Origin: Gammaproteobacteria bacterium
GTDB taxonomy: Bacteria; Pseudomonadota; Gammaproteobacteria; Burkholderiales; JAHFRG01
Assembly (NCBI GenBank): GCA_041495205.1
Contig: JBGQCF010000001.1
Location: 64,429-128,428, forward strand
Direction of reading: 5' to 3'
Length of the DNA stretch: 64,000 nucleotides
A program made the position numbers and the translations under genes. The notes under the pieces are model-generated. The model saw only the letters and a program-made list of their open reading frames with translations. It was not told where the DNA came from and made no database searches. Within the stretch, counting starts at the first letter, position 1; each line of letters opens with the position of its first letter. Shown piece after piece: positions 8,324-17,990 of the stretch.

Positions 8324-9549
8324 GACTTTTCTTCCACGAGTTGTTTCATCCATTGTTCAAGCTGGTCGAGCAGCCGCCCCCGCTTGAAGTTGGCTTCAAA
8401 ATAAACTCTGCCACGACTTCCCATTGCCGTTCTTTCCGGTCCGGTGAGGCTTGACATCCTGAGCACCGCCTCCGCCAGGGCATCAGGGTTTTCCGGTGCA
8501 ACAGCATACCCGGCACCGGATTCTAGTACTACCCGGGCGGTTTCTCTACCCGCCGCGCTTATGATGGGTCTGCCGCAGGCGAGATACGACTGCAGCTTGC
8601 TCGGAAGCGTCAGGGCAAAAATCGGGTCACGGCGCAAGGTTACCAGCATTACATCTGCGAGCGCAAAATAATGAGGCATGGTTTCCACCGGACGCTGGCC
8701 GAGCAAGTGAACCTGGCCTTGCAGGCCCAGCACATGAACTTGCTCCTCAACCCAATTTTTCCTGTGACCGTCTCCCAGAATCACCCAATGGATGTCGGCG
8801 TAGGGCAGCAGATTTTTCGCGGCCGCCAGAATGGTTTCGAACGACTGTGCAGCTCCGATATTTCCGGCAAACATTACCCGAAAGCCATCTGGCATTTGCT
8901 TCCGCTCCGGCGCATCCACGCTGAGAGTAACCACCTGATACAGCGATTCGGCCCAGTTGGGGAAATAACCCACCTGCAACGGTTCGGCGCCCCGCGCTAT
9001 CACCGAGGCAGTGAAAGCTTCCGATTGCACGAGAATGAGGTCGCATTGGCGGTAAATAAAGCGCACCAGTTTCGTTACCCAATTGAGGATGCGCGGCGAT
9101 CGCACTGCGCCCGTGGCGGAAAGGCTCTCTGGCCACGGGTCCCCCACCCATAGGATAAGCGGCGCTCGTTTCAGCCATTTCAATACGATTGCCGGCAGGC
9201 ATACGGTGATCGGCGACGGTTCATACACAAAAATAAGATCAAACCTGCCGCGGCACTGAAACGGCCCGAAGACGCTGGCGAAAAAGACGAAGGAAAAATA
9301 ATTCAATGCTAGACGCCAGCGTTGCCCTTTTCCTCTTGGGATTAGCGGCACTCTGTAAACCGGCACATCCTGAAATACTTCCTTGCCGCGGGAGAAAAAG
9401 CCGTATCCCGGGAAAAAAATGCCGGTCGGGTAATTCGGTTTGCCGGTGAGCACCGTGATGTCATGCCCGCGTTCCTTCAAGCCGGTTACAAGGTCATTAA
9501 TTCGAAAATTCTCAGGCCAAAAATATTGAGTAACAACAAGTATCTTCAA
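8311..9549 (-). CDS. GT4 glycosyltransferase, WbuB/WbjE-like (L-FucNAc-type transferase family)
   Basis: The N-terminus MKILVVTQYFWPENFRINDLVTGLKERGHDITVLTGKPNYPTG matches my recollection of the WbuB-type pattern (PNYPxG). It has a GT-B C-terminal half. Confidence 0.7.
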   Translation of the reverse strand: MKILVVTQYFWPENFRINDLVTGLKERGHDITVLTGKPNYPTGIFFPGYGFFSRGKEVFQDVPVYRVPLIPRGKGQRWRLALNYFSFVFFASVFGPFQCRGRFDLIFVYEPSPITVCLPAIVLKWLKRAPLILWVGDPWPESLSATGAVRSPRILNWVTKLVRFIYRQCDLILVQSEAFTASVIARGAEPLQVGYFPNWAESLYQVVTLSVDAPERKQMPDGFRVMFAGNIGAAQSFETILAAAKNLLPYADIHWVILGDGHRKNWVEEQVHVLGLQGQVHLLGQRPVETMPHYFALADVMLVTLRRDPIFALTLPSKLQSYLACGRPIISAAGRETARVVLESGAGYAVAPENPDALAEAVLRMSSLTGPERTAMGSRGRVYFEANFKRGRLLDQLEQWMKQLVEEKSCAS

Positions 9550-10697
9550 GATTGTGGTCGAAACAAGATATCATCGTAAACAACCATATATTTCTGAATA
9601 ATCGAGTTCCAGGTAAATCCGGCGGTCACAAATTCTTTCAGCCGTGAACCCATATGTTTCAGGTCGGACGGCTTGCTAAGCAACTCGACCAGCCCCTGCT
9701 GTATCCCTTCTATAGTTGCTGAGACAACTCTGCCGCCACCAACCCTGCCGATGTCGTCAAAACCACATTTATCAGTCAGCAGAACTGGAATTCCTATGGA
9801 GCCTGCCTCCAAAACCACAATAGACATGGCTTCCTGTCTCGAGGGGATAACCAGTATGCTGGCGGCGAGATACGCGCCAGATTTTTCCTTGCCACCGATA
9901 TATCCAACAAAATGAACTCTGTCTGATATTTTCGAAGCCGCCGCGATTTCCCTAAGGCGAGGCAACATTCCATTATCGGGTCCTACGAAAACTAACTGAT
10001 AATTGGGGAACTGATCTTTAATATTACAGAAAGCCCGCAAAAGAATATCGGGACCTTTGATGTAGTTCAGGCGTCCTACAAATAAAATGATAGGGGCCGA
10101 AGGCGTGCCAATTCTTTCCCGGAAACGGCCACCGTCGGGAAACTCGGAATCTGACAAATCCACTCCGTTAGGGATCAACACGACCTTGTCATGGGGTACA
10201 CCGTAACCGGCGAAATGGCCAATTTCTTCGACAGAGATGGCGATGCAGCGGGAGGCGTCCCCAATAATCTTTCTGCCAATTAGCAGGTTGTAAAAGCGTT
10301 TGATGAGTTTTGATCTACCGAAAATAGGTAGGGTTCCCGCCGGGCAGACGACGTAGGGTTTGCGTGCACGCCGGCATATCAGGTAAACCAGCACATTCAG
10401 AATGGTCCAGTGTCCCATGATATGAACGACATCCACGCTACTGATCAGAGTACTCAACGAGCGCAGCGAGAATGCTGGAACAAAAAACCGCTTCAACAAG
10501 CACCGCAGCGCAATTACTTCTATTCCCTCCAGCATCTTCAATCGCTCAGGCGTGATCCCTAAATCAGTGGTAAGAATTGCCGTTTGAACGCCAATCTTTT
10601 TTAAGTGGCGGCTTATCTGTACGGTACGTTCGGCAGCGCCCCCCCCGGTGATCGGGTCAATAAGAACATTCACGTTCAGAACCCTCATAGTAGACAC
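9546..10697 (-). CDS. Glycosyltransferase family 4 (GT-B, group 1)
   Basis: 383 aa. GGAAERTV near the N-terminus and the C-terminal IPSRQEAMSIVVLEAGSIGIPVLLTD block are typical of GT4. Confidence 0.75.
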   Translation of the reverse strand: MSTMRVLNVNVLIDPITGGGAAERTVQISRHLKKIGVQTAILTTDLGITPERLKMLEGIEVIALRCLLKRFFVPAFSLRSLSTLISSVDVVHIMGHWTILNVLVYLICRRARKPYVVCPAGTLPIFGRSKLIKRFYNLLIGRKIIGDASRCIAISVEEIGHFAGYGVPHDKVVLIPNGVDLSDSEFPDGGRFRERIGTPSAPIILFVGRLNYIKGPDILLRAFCNIKDQFPNYQLVFVGPDNGMLPRLREIAAASKISDRVHFVGYIGGKEKSGAYLAASILVIPSRQEAMSIVVLEAGSIGIPVLLTDKCGFDDIGRVGGGRVVSATIEGIQQGLVELLSKPSDLKHMGSRLKEFVTAGFTWNSIIQKYMVVYDDILFRPQS

Positions 10698-10699
10698 CT

Positions 10700-11662
10700 T
10701 TAACTCAGGTGCTGATTTTTATACCATTCAGCAAACTTTGTTAGCCCTAATTCAAAGCTGACTGGTTTTTTGAAACCTAAATTGATCAGCTTTTTAGAGG
10801 AATATACCCGAAAAGGGTTGTCATTAGAGCGTCCTAAAATTCTCAAGGCTATGGAAAGTAGTATGCTGGGGACCGGTACTCTGGGAATGAAGTAGTCTGG
10901 GCGGCCAAAACTTCTTAGTAACACAGTTTCAATGAACCGGTAGTTATTATTGCTACTCTCATCATCTGAAATAATAAATATCTGTCTATCTATATTTAAA
11001 TCCGTTAAGGAAAGAAAAGAAAGACACGCAGTCACGTTATCTACATAAATGGCATTCATTCGTCGTTCGTTATGTACGCAGGACTTGATATAATTAACTA
11101 GCGTACTGCCATTCATTAAGCTGTCAGCGAGTTTAATCAGATTTTTACCTCCAGGACCAAATACGGCAGTCGGTCGCAAAATCACCACCTCCACGCCATC
11201 GGCACTCAGTAAAAACGTTTCAATTTCGTGTTTAATCTGTTCATAGGCCGTGACAGGGTTATAGGGTGTATTTTCATCAACGGCCCGGATCGAGACCTTT
11301 CCCACTACCGTGGCAGTGCTGCAATGAACCAGCCGTTTTGCTTTTGAATCACGGCAGGCCTGAACAAGATTCGAAATCGCTCTTAAGTTATCGGCTTTGG
11401 ATCCCGTTCCCAGGTATGCAAGATTTATGACTATGCTGTCAGGAACAATTAATTTTCTCAGGGTGGTCAAATTCAAAAGATCGCCCTGCACGGTTACAAC
11501 ATTATCTTTCTTAAGTAATGCCGGGGTATTGTTCTGATGGATCAGTAGACGAAGCTGGACATCTTCGAGTATCGGCAAGCGCGGCACGAGGTGCCGGCCT
11601 ATGAAGCTGCTTGCTCCCGTAACGACGTAGGTAGGCATGGTAAGTGCCCTCAAGTCTATCAA
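10700..11662 (-). CDS. NAD-dependent epimerase/dehydratase family protein
   Basis: YVVTGASSFIGRHL Rossmann motif and YEQIKHEIE (YxxxK). The gene is visibly AT-richer than its neighbours. Confidence 0.7.
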   Translation of the reverse strand: MIDLRALTMPTYVVTGASSFIGRHLVPRLPILEDVQLRLLIHQNNTPALLKKDNVVTVQGDLLNLTTLRKLIVPDSIVINLAYLGTGSKADNLRAISNLVQACRDSKAKRLVHCSTATVVGKVSIRAVDENTPYNPVTAYEQIKHEIETFLLSADGVEVVILRPTAVFGPGGKNLIKLADSLMNGSTLVNYIKSCVHNERRMNAIYVDNVTACLSFLSLTDLNIDRQIFIISDDESSNNNYRFIETVLLRSFGRPDYFIPRVPVPSILLSIALRILGRSNDNPFRVYSSKKLINLGFKKPVSFELGLTKFAEWYKNQHLS

Positions 11663-11675
11663 ATGTCGGCCAGTT

Positions 11676-12325
11676 TTATTCTTTAACCGTATCAGGCGGT
11701 GAAGCGCCAGCTTTGCTTATCAAGACATACAATAAGCGGAGATGAATAGTCCAAATCACGACCAACGCTACCCACAGCTGAAGGAAATAAATCATTCCGT
11801 GATACGGAAAATTCAATATACGATTTTGCCATCTTCTGATAAAGCGCGAGGTTCCCATTTTCGGGCTCTCGCGCATTCTCAGCGCCAATTGCTTGGTTTC
11901 CATAAATCAACTGCCAAACCCACTTCTTTCAAAGACCTAACCGTTGTAAAAGTAGTATCACAACCAGCAGGGCGACTGCCGTGGTGATAAGCTTCGCTTT
12001 ATACAATGTGAGCATCATTTCAGTTCTTTGGCGTTTACAAAATTATGTCGTGTTCAGTGGACAATACAGTAATGTCACCCAGCGAGGTCGCGTTCGCGAA
12101 CCATTAACGGATCCAAATACCGAGACGTTTTTCCACGGTGGACTAAACTGCCGCGTAAACCATTAACACAAACAACAGCACGAAGGTGATCGTCACTGAA
12201 AAATAGATGACACCCAACACGTCCGCGCCTAGTTTCCTGAACACAAGATGGGTCGAAACCAGACACAGGACCATGAGAATGGCCTGACCGGACATGTTGG
12301 AAAGGATATTGCGCTTCAGTCCCAT
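11676..12325 (-). pseudogene. Remnant of a Wzx-type (MOP family) flippase gene
   Basis: ORF 12143..12325 encodes MGLKRNILSNMSGQAILMVLCLVSTHLVFRKLGADVLGVIYFSV..., a typical Wzx N-terminus (compare the intact Wzx at 19348..20868), and then stops after 60 aa. Only short broken hydrophobic ORFs fill the remaining ~470 nt. Confidence 0.5.
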
Positions 12326-12352
12326 CTTGCGTTGGACTCACCGGTCAGAACA

Positions 12353-13984
12353 TCATGACTCGCTCGTCGTATCGGAGGCGATATTCGAGGCGGAAGGAGA
12401 CGGCGGATGTCGCTGGATCATGTAAACTGCGGAACCCATGAGCAGACCGATCAGAAACGCCCCGAGGTATTCCCTATACGTTGTCGTGGTAAGCAGTAGC
12501 ATGATCAGGTCAACCATGAACATACCGCCCATGGCGGCCATGATTAGCCGCCGATCAGGAAAATCCTGCCTCAACAGGGGCCGCACAAACCCAATGATGA
12601 GTATACTCAGAGCCAGCAGGAAAAGGACCAATCCCACCCCACCGGTGTCCACCAGCAGGTCGATGAATAGATTATGGCTACCGGCGTCGGTAAGCATTTG
12701 CCCCGTAACAGGGTTGATGCCTCTTGCGGAGGCGCCGAACCCGTCACCCACCAGCACATGGAACCAAGGTGATGTCTTGGACGGTTCGAGTGCTGTCTTG
12801 GCGGACAGGCCCTGGGAGTAAGTTTCCAGGGCTCCATTGATAAGGCTACTGCGCGTATCGTAGCTTCTTGGGAAGCTCTCGGTGTATTGTTTGACCGTCC
12901 CGCAAGGGATCGGCGAATGACCTGCCAAGGTCGAGACACCAATGGCTGAGGCAATGACTCCTACCACCACGAGGCTCCTCACCCATTCCTGCTTGTCGGC
13001 AAACCGCATCACAATAAACACGCCAATTACCCACCCCAGCACGGAGCCTTTGGAACCAGCCAGGAACAGGATGACCGCCGCGAGCAATGACCAGAGGTAG
13101 AACATGTTCCTCAAGCGTCCGCCCTGATGGTGCGCGAGCGCCAGGGAAATTAAGCTGGCCATTGCCGCCAGATACCCCACTTGACTGCGATTAACACTAC
13201 CACCTAATAAATCCCCCCTTATTGTCATATTGTGCAGCCCCATCGGCTGACACTCGTAATAAATTTTTTCAAAGAAATGAGGATAAAAATCCACGGGCAG
13301 CGGGAAGATCGTAACCACATAGAGCAGGGAAAAGGCGATAAGAAAAATCTTCAGCTCGGCCAACCGGGCGCAGGCAAGAATACCCAAAGCGATGTATACC
13401 AGCCAATGGCTGAGAAAGACAAATACGTAATACAGAGAATTGTTCGTGCTTCTCAGGCTCCCCTGGAACAAGGTCAGCAGTGGATGCTCGGAGGAAAAAT
13501 TCCGCCACACGGTATAGGGCGATTGCGCGGCCCTGAAGAATCCGATGGCAAAAACGATGGCCAACAGAATCCACGGTAGAAAATGCGGCCAGCGAAGGCG
13601 AGAAAACTCCGCCAGCAAACCTTCGCGCCAGCGGATAATCAACAAGGTCGCCAGCACTACGGTCGACAGGATACCGAACGCCGAAACACCGGGATGGGCC
13701 ATCGATACCTGCGCAATCAGCTGAATCGAAGTTATGAGAAACGCCACCGCAACGGGCACCGAAATAATACACAGCAGCACATACCCGGCCACCAGCACCG
13801 GCAGCAAGAACCAGGTACCCAGGTTGTGCGCAAGCCCGAGCTTCGTAAATATCAGAATAAAGATGATTAACCCCACCGCCGAAAATATCCGGTGCGGCGT
13901 TAACAGCATCTGGGACATGTCGCTGGCAACGTCTGCTTTTATGTCAATCTCCAATATTATTCTTCCATGCTTCCGCAGCACCAC
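12353..13984 (-). CDS. Wzy_C-family membrane protein (candidate O-antigen polymerase)
   Basis: 543 aa with many TM helices. LAGSKGSVLGWVIGV, VGDGFGAS and AGSHNLFIDLLVDTGGVGL parallel the motifs of the 741..2000 protein. Confidence 0.7.
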   Translation of the reverse strand: MVLRKHGRIILEIDIKADVASDMSQMLLTPHRIFSAVGLIIFILIFTKLGLAHNLGTWFLLPVLVAGYVLLCIISVPVAVAFLITSIQLIAQVSMAHPGVSAFGILSTVVLATLLIIRWREGLLAEFSRLRWPHFLPWILLAIVFAIGFFRAAQSPYTVWRNFSSEHPLLTLFQGSLRSTNNSLYYVFVFLSHWLVYIALGILACARLAELKIFLIAFSLLYVVTIFPLPVDFYPHFFEKIYYECQPMGLHNMTIRGDLLGGSVNRSQVGYLAAMASLISLALAHHQGGRLRNMFYLWSLLAAVILFLAGSKGSVLGWVIGVFIVMRFADKQEWVRSLVVVGVIASAIGVSTLAGHSPIPCGTVKQYTESFPRSYDTRSSLINGALETYSQGLSAKTALEPSKTSPWFHVLVGDGFGASARGINPVTGQMLTDAGSHNLFIDLLVDTGGVGLVLFLLALSILIIGFVRPLLRQDFPDRRLIMAAMGGMFMVDLIMLLLTTTTYREYLGAFLIGLLMGSAVYMIQRHPPSPSASNIASDTTSES

Positions 13985-14305
13985 CCTAAAATGTGGATTC
14001 CCAACTTGCCTAAGGCGATCCGGATTTCCGGATTACCGGAGGCGATGCGAATTTCAAACTTTCCATAGGTGCCACCTTGACCAGCACTGTTTCGCTGGTA
14101 ACGTGGATTTCGAGCGGCAGCGCTTTACCGAGCTTGACCGGATCAAAATTCGACTTGACCTCATTGAGTTTCAGCCCGTGGTAATCAAAGAGGGAATATC
14201 AAGGTGGGTCATATCAACATTGGGCTACCCGTTGTTTCTGAGTTCACATACCATGTGTAATTACGGTTCAACAGAACCCGCACACTTGCCGTAATCTTCG
14301 ACAGG

Positions 14306-15199
14306 TTAAGCTGCTGGACGCACGCGTTCCCAATAGGCTGAAAACTCACCTATTCTCTGAATTTCTTCGGTAATGCCGTGCTTGCACCGATAGTCATGAA
14401 CAGCCTGCTTGCAACCATCCAGATAATAATCGTCCACTATGATGTAGCCACCTAGTGATAACTTGGGATATAGATTTGCAAGCGCGTCCATAGTTGATTC
14501 GTACATGTCGCCGTCAAGCCGCAGCAACGCCAGCGCTTTTATCGGCGCGCCTGGTAAGGTGTCTTTGAACCACCCCTTAAGGAATTTCACTTGCTCATCA
14601 AGTAAGCCGTATCTCTCAAAATTACGCTTCACCTGTTCCAACGAAATCCCAAGATAATTGTTGAACGTATGATGCGGATCCCCGGCGTCGGATGGATAAC
14701 GGGCTGCATCCGGCGGGGGTAATCCCTGGAAGGAGTCAGCAGCCCACACAGTGCGATCTGTTACGCCATGCGCCTTCAAAACGCCGCGCATAAAGATTGT
14801 GGCGCCACCGCGCCACACTCCTGTTTCGATCAAGTCCCCAGGAATATTCCTGCGAAGGATCTCTTCGATACAAAATTGAATATTATCCAAACGCTTCAAG
14901 CCGATCATCGTATCGGCTAATGGCGGCCAATCCCTCCCTTCAATTCGGTTGGTGGGATCAAATTTGAAGCGTCGCGCGAGGCAGACGCGGCCGGCTGTGC
15001 CCGTGCTAATAAGGCCATCAACCATCTTTAGTATCCAATAGATAGATTTTCGAAGCGGAGATGTCCTCGGCAGCGTTTCAATAGAAGCTAATGTTTCGCC
15101 CCAAAGATAATAAGTCAGTGTGTGCTTCAGTAGCGTCAGATACAGATACCTCGCGTCTTCTAGTACGGCAAGATCGTTGGCTATAGTTCGTAACATCAT
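14306..15199 (-). CDS. TylF/MycF/NovP-family sugar O-methyltransferase
   Basis: IETGVWRGGATIFMRG, ADSFQGLPPPD and LRLDGDMYESTMDALANLYPKLSLGGYIIVDDY are hallmark macrocin-O-methyltransferase (TylF) family blocks. Confidence 0.85.
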   Translation of the reverse strand: MMLRTIANDLAVLEDARYLYLTLLKHTLTYYLWGETLASIETLPRTSPLRKSIYWILKMVDGLISTGTAGRVCLARRFKFDPTNRIEGRDWPPLADTMIGLKRLDNIQFCIEEILRRNIPGDLIETGVWRGGATIFMRGVLKAHGVTDRTVWAADSFQGLPPPDAARYPSDAGDPHHTFNNYLGISLEQVKRNFERYGLLDEQVKFLKGWFKDTLPGAPIKALALLRLDGDMYESTMDALANLYPKLSLGGYIIVDDYYLDGCKQAVHDYRCKHGITEEIQRIGEFSAYWERVRPAA

Positions 15200-15357
15200 A
15201 GTTATGTGACCCTAAAATAATTTTACTAAACTTCTGCTTGCCCTTATTTAATAGTTATAACCGAATCTGGTGTATGGCGGAAGGCTGAGAAGGCGGCGTA
15301 TCTCTGCTGAAATCCAAGTGTCGAGTTTGGGTTATCAGCAAAAAAGGAGGTACGCCA

Positions 15358-15450
15358 ATGAGTGAGGATAGCGTTGTTCAGTTTCGGAAACCAGGGGAAG
15401 TCGCGGATGCGCTTACCGAGCTGCTTCGGGAAGGCGCGCAGCGACTGATC
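15358..15450 (+). mobile_element. IS256-family transposase N-terminal remnant (about 30 codons) with its own RBS
   Basis: aaaaaggagg SD sequence 8 nt upstream of ATG 15358. MSEDSVVQFRKPGEVADALTELLREGAQRLIE recalls the N-terminus of one IS256 subgroup (..PGxxxDxLTxVLREGAQRLLAQAxEAEV). Similarity ends near 15450, and the IS left end is probably within 15250-15357. Confidence 0.5.
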
Positions 15451-15633
15451 GAGGTGCATGAGCGCGCAGCCGCGGCACTCAATGAAGTCGTAAATCTGCT
15501 TGTGAAACCGGCACTGCCAATTATTTGCGCCGCAGACCGGACAGCCGCCATCCGCGACCACATCCCAATCAGAGTTAGCTGCCTGATACTGGCCGTCGAG
15601 ATATCGCTTGCGAATTACGCCGTTGTGGTGCAT
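15451..15633 (-). pseudogene. 5' fragment of a Zn-ribbon methyltransferase gene, truncated by the IS remnant
   Basis: The N-terminal part of ORF 15244..15633 has CPVCGANNW...ECRGCALMHLD (CxxC...CxxC ribbon as at the N-termini of SAM methyltransferases). The rest of that ORF is merely the antisense of the IS-derived sequence, and no SAM-binding domain follows. Confidence 0.5.
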
Positions 15634-15859
15634 CGTGCACCATCGCAGGATTTTGGCTTAATGTTATCCGGCCCTCTCAATACAGCTTTGCGGGAGCCTG
15701 GTTGCGGGGATATTGGCGGTCTAGCCGATGAGGTGGCCTCAAGAGTAATAACGCCAAGAAACTTTTCCTTACGATTTCTAAACTCTGGGAATTTGAAGTT
15801 ACCTGTCAATTACATGAAACCAATATTGCGAATTCCTTGGGTAATTCGCGGAACCTGCA

Positions 15860-16795
15860 TTATCTTGGAAGCAGGCTATTTATCCTCCAAAAGACCTTAT
15901 GGCCCAACCGATTAAATAAGACATTGAAAGCTCTCCTCAGCGTCAGCAATGTAAAAAAATTATTGGGACACAAGGCGAAAGCAATGCGCAAAGCCGCGAG
16001 GCCAAGCCGATAACGGCCGCCCCGGAAGTGCAGTTGGGAGCTGACAAGATGTGCATTGCTGAGCGCTTTATCCTTAAGTTTCACTAAACTTTGAGGTAGT
16101 GTCCCAGATTCAAACAGGCGCGAGACAACCCGTACCGGCTCTGCTGCCTTGAACTCGTCCATTCTGGAAAAAGTCTCCTGGTCTGGGTGTATCCGATATA
16201 ACGCAAGGACTTCGGGAATTCGCAGAAACCGCCCAACAAGCCCGAGCCGCAACCAGTAGTCGTAATCCAGCATTATTTTTAACGAGCTGTCCCACAACCC
16301 CACGGTCTCATATGCAGAGCGTCTAAAAAATGTTCCCGGTCCTGGCGGGCAAATTACTTTCACCACCATGTCGTGGTAGTTAAAATCAGGAGTCTTTACC
16401 CGGCGAATAAACGCAGAGTTTGGGTCAATCAGATTAAAATCGCAGTATGTCAGGACAACGTCGGGATTTGCCAGGATATGATCTACCGATCTGCTGACGG
16501 CGTTGGGCAGCAAAGCGTCGTCCGCTCCGATCCAGGCTAAGATTTTGCCCTTTGACATTTGCCAGCCTTTGTTGAGGGTGTTGACCTGCCCAAGGTTATG
16601 CTGTGATTCCCAATGGAACTTGCCTATATACTTCTGCAGTACTTCACTAGTATTGTCTGTAGATCCATCGTCCAGTACTATTAATTCAACATTGGGGTAA
16701 TCTTGTTTTAGAACGCTCTGGATAGCCTCATCCAAATAATTTCCATGGTTGTATGCAGGAATAACTATGGAGACCAGAGGAAATTCCTCAATCAT
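15860..16795 (-). CDS. Glycosyltransferase family 2
   Basis: The ORF-track start 16909 would overlap the upstream gene by 65 nt. The internal ATG 16795 gives MIEEFPLVSIVIPAYNHGNYLDEAIQSVLKQDYPNVELIVLDDGSTD, a canonical GT2 start, and a DD motif (IGADDAL) follows. Confidence 0.85.
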   Translation of the reverse strand: MIEEFPLVSIVIPAYNHGNYLDEAIQSVLKQDYPNVELIVLDDGSTDNTSEVLQKYIGKFHWESQHNLGQVNTLNKGWQMSKGKILAWIGADDALLPNAVSRSVDHILANPDVVLTYCDFNLIDPNSAFIRRVKTPDFNYHDMVVKVICPPGPGTFFRRSAYETVGLWDSSLKIMLDYDYWLRLGLVGRFLRIPEVLALYRIHPDQETFSRMDEFKAAEPVRVVSRLFESGTLPQSLVKLKDKALSNAHLVSSQLHFRGGRYRLGLAALRIAFALCPNNFFTLLTLRRAFNVLFNRLGHKVFWRINSLLPR

Positions 16796-16844
16796 CCGAC
16801 AGCCTTTGATATTTGCATGACTTCTGATTCTGGGGTTGATGCCG

Positions 16845-17927
16845 TCAGAAGAAATTGGTGATCTGACTGCGAATGGAGTTGATAACGACAGCTGAAGGGG
16901 AGAAATCATGTTCCAGCTCGTAACGGCCTGTCCATGGCTGTGATACGGCGGTTGTAACGGCCTCGATTATATTCTGAGGGTCAAGGCCTGCGACGATGTG
17001 GGCCCCGCCTTCAACCGTTTCTGGCCTTTCGGTAGTCATGCGGACGCTGATGCATGGTACTTTATAGAAGTATGCTTCTTCCGGCGCGGTACCGGAGTCA
17101 GAAATAATGCAGTAACTGTCCATCAGCAGTTTATTGAAGTCATAAAAACCAAGTGGCGCCATAATTCGTACCCCACGCGGGATCTTGATTGCGCCGAGCT
17201 TGCTTTTTGTGCGTGGATGCATGGGATAGACGACGTCACGCTTGAAGCGCTTGTGCAGTTGCCCCAGTGCTTCAATAATCGCTTGCAGGTAAGATCGGTG
17301 ATCCACGTTCTCGCTGCGATGAGCAGTCACCACAATATACCCGCCTTTATCGAGACCAAGGCGCCGGATAATATTGCTCTTCTTAATTTGCGGAAGGAAT
17401 GCCCACATCGCTTCGAAAGTTGGATTGCCGGTGACGAAAATCTTGGACGGGTGGATGTTCTCGCGCAGCAAGTTTTCCCGGTGATATCGGTTGAAAGGCA
17501 GCAGGATACTGCTCATGTGGTCAATCAGGATGCGATTGCGCTGCTCCGGCATACGGGTATCCCAGGCGCGCAGTCCCGCTTCCATATGAAATGTCTTGAT
17601 GCCGCGGTGAGCCGCCGGCATTACGGAAAGTCCACTAAAGGTATCGCCCAGAATCAGCAATGCATCCGGTTTGATCTTGGCCAGCAATTCGTCGGACTTG
17701 GCGATCACGCCGGCCACTTCGCGGCCGTAGCTGGATGTGTCTATGTTTAATTGATAATCCGGTTTGCGGAGCCGCAAATCTCGGAAGAAAAAATCTTTTA
17801 GCTCCGGCGTGAAATTTTGCCCGGTATGGATCATGATGTGATCGAAATTGAGCTCGTCGAGTTTTTTTAATGTTGACCACAATTTGATCATCTCTGGCCG
17901 AGTGCCGAAAATCGACATTACTTTCAT
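16845..17927 (-). CDS. UDP-N-acetylglucosamine-type 2-epimerase (non-hydrolysing), FnlC/WbjD/Cap5G-like
   Basis: Preferred start ATG 17927, with aagga 7 nt upstream. MKVMSIFGTRPEMIKL...HTGQNFTPELKDFFFRDLRLRKPDYQLN matches my recollection of FnlC/Cap5G-type epimerases. Confidence 0.8.
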   Translation of the reverse strand: MKVMSIFGTRPEMIKLWSTLKKLDELNFDHIMIHTGQNFTPELKDFFFRDLRLRKPDYQLNIDTSSYGREVAGVIAKSDELLAKIKPDALLILGDTFSGLSVMPAAHRGIKTFHMEAGLRAWDTRMPEQRNRILIDHMSSILLPFNRYHRENLLRENIHPSKIFVTGNPTFEAMWAFLPQIKKSNIIRRLGLDKGGYIVVTAHRSENVDHRSYLQAIIEALGQLHKRFKRDVVYPMHPRTKSKLGAIKIPRGVRIMAPLGFYDFNKLLMDSYCIISDSGTAPEEAYFYKVPCISVRMTTERPETVEGGAHIVAGLDPQNIIEAVTTAVSQPWTGRYELEHDFSPSAVVINSIRSQITNFF

Positions 17928-17990
17928 TATCTGGTCCTTTGCATTAATGGTGGCTGACTGAACTGTGGTAATTGGCAACAGCCGTCTTAT

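Noticed and set aside
14013-14198. An open minus-strand frame without a start codon, between the TylF-type methyltransferase and the Wzy_C gene: YSLFDYHGLKLNEVKSNFDPVKLGKALPLEIHVTSETVLVKVAPMESLKFASPPVIRKSGSP*.
   Set aside because: It reads like real protein, possibly another gene remnant, but I cannot assign a family. There is no start codon or RBS, so it is not reported as a feature. TBLASTX would settle it.
2254-15450. The idea that the two IS256-like fragments (C-terminal piece on the minus strand at 2254-2520, N-terminal piece on the plus strand at 15358-15450) are halves of one IS split by an inversion of the 13-kb segment between them.
   Set aside because: The geometry would rejoin the pieces, but about 280 central codons would still be missing. 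All genes inside and outside the segment share one orientation. As far as I recall, the N-terminal motif (LTxxLREGAQRL) and the C-terminal motif (IYTTNxxESxN...TMPI) belong to different IS256 subgroups. Two independent scars are more likely.
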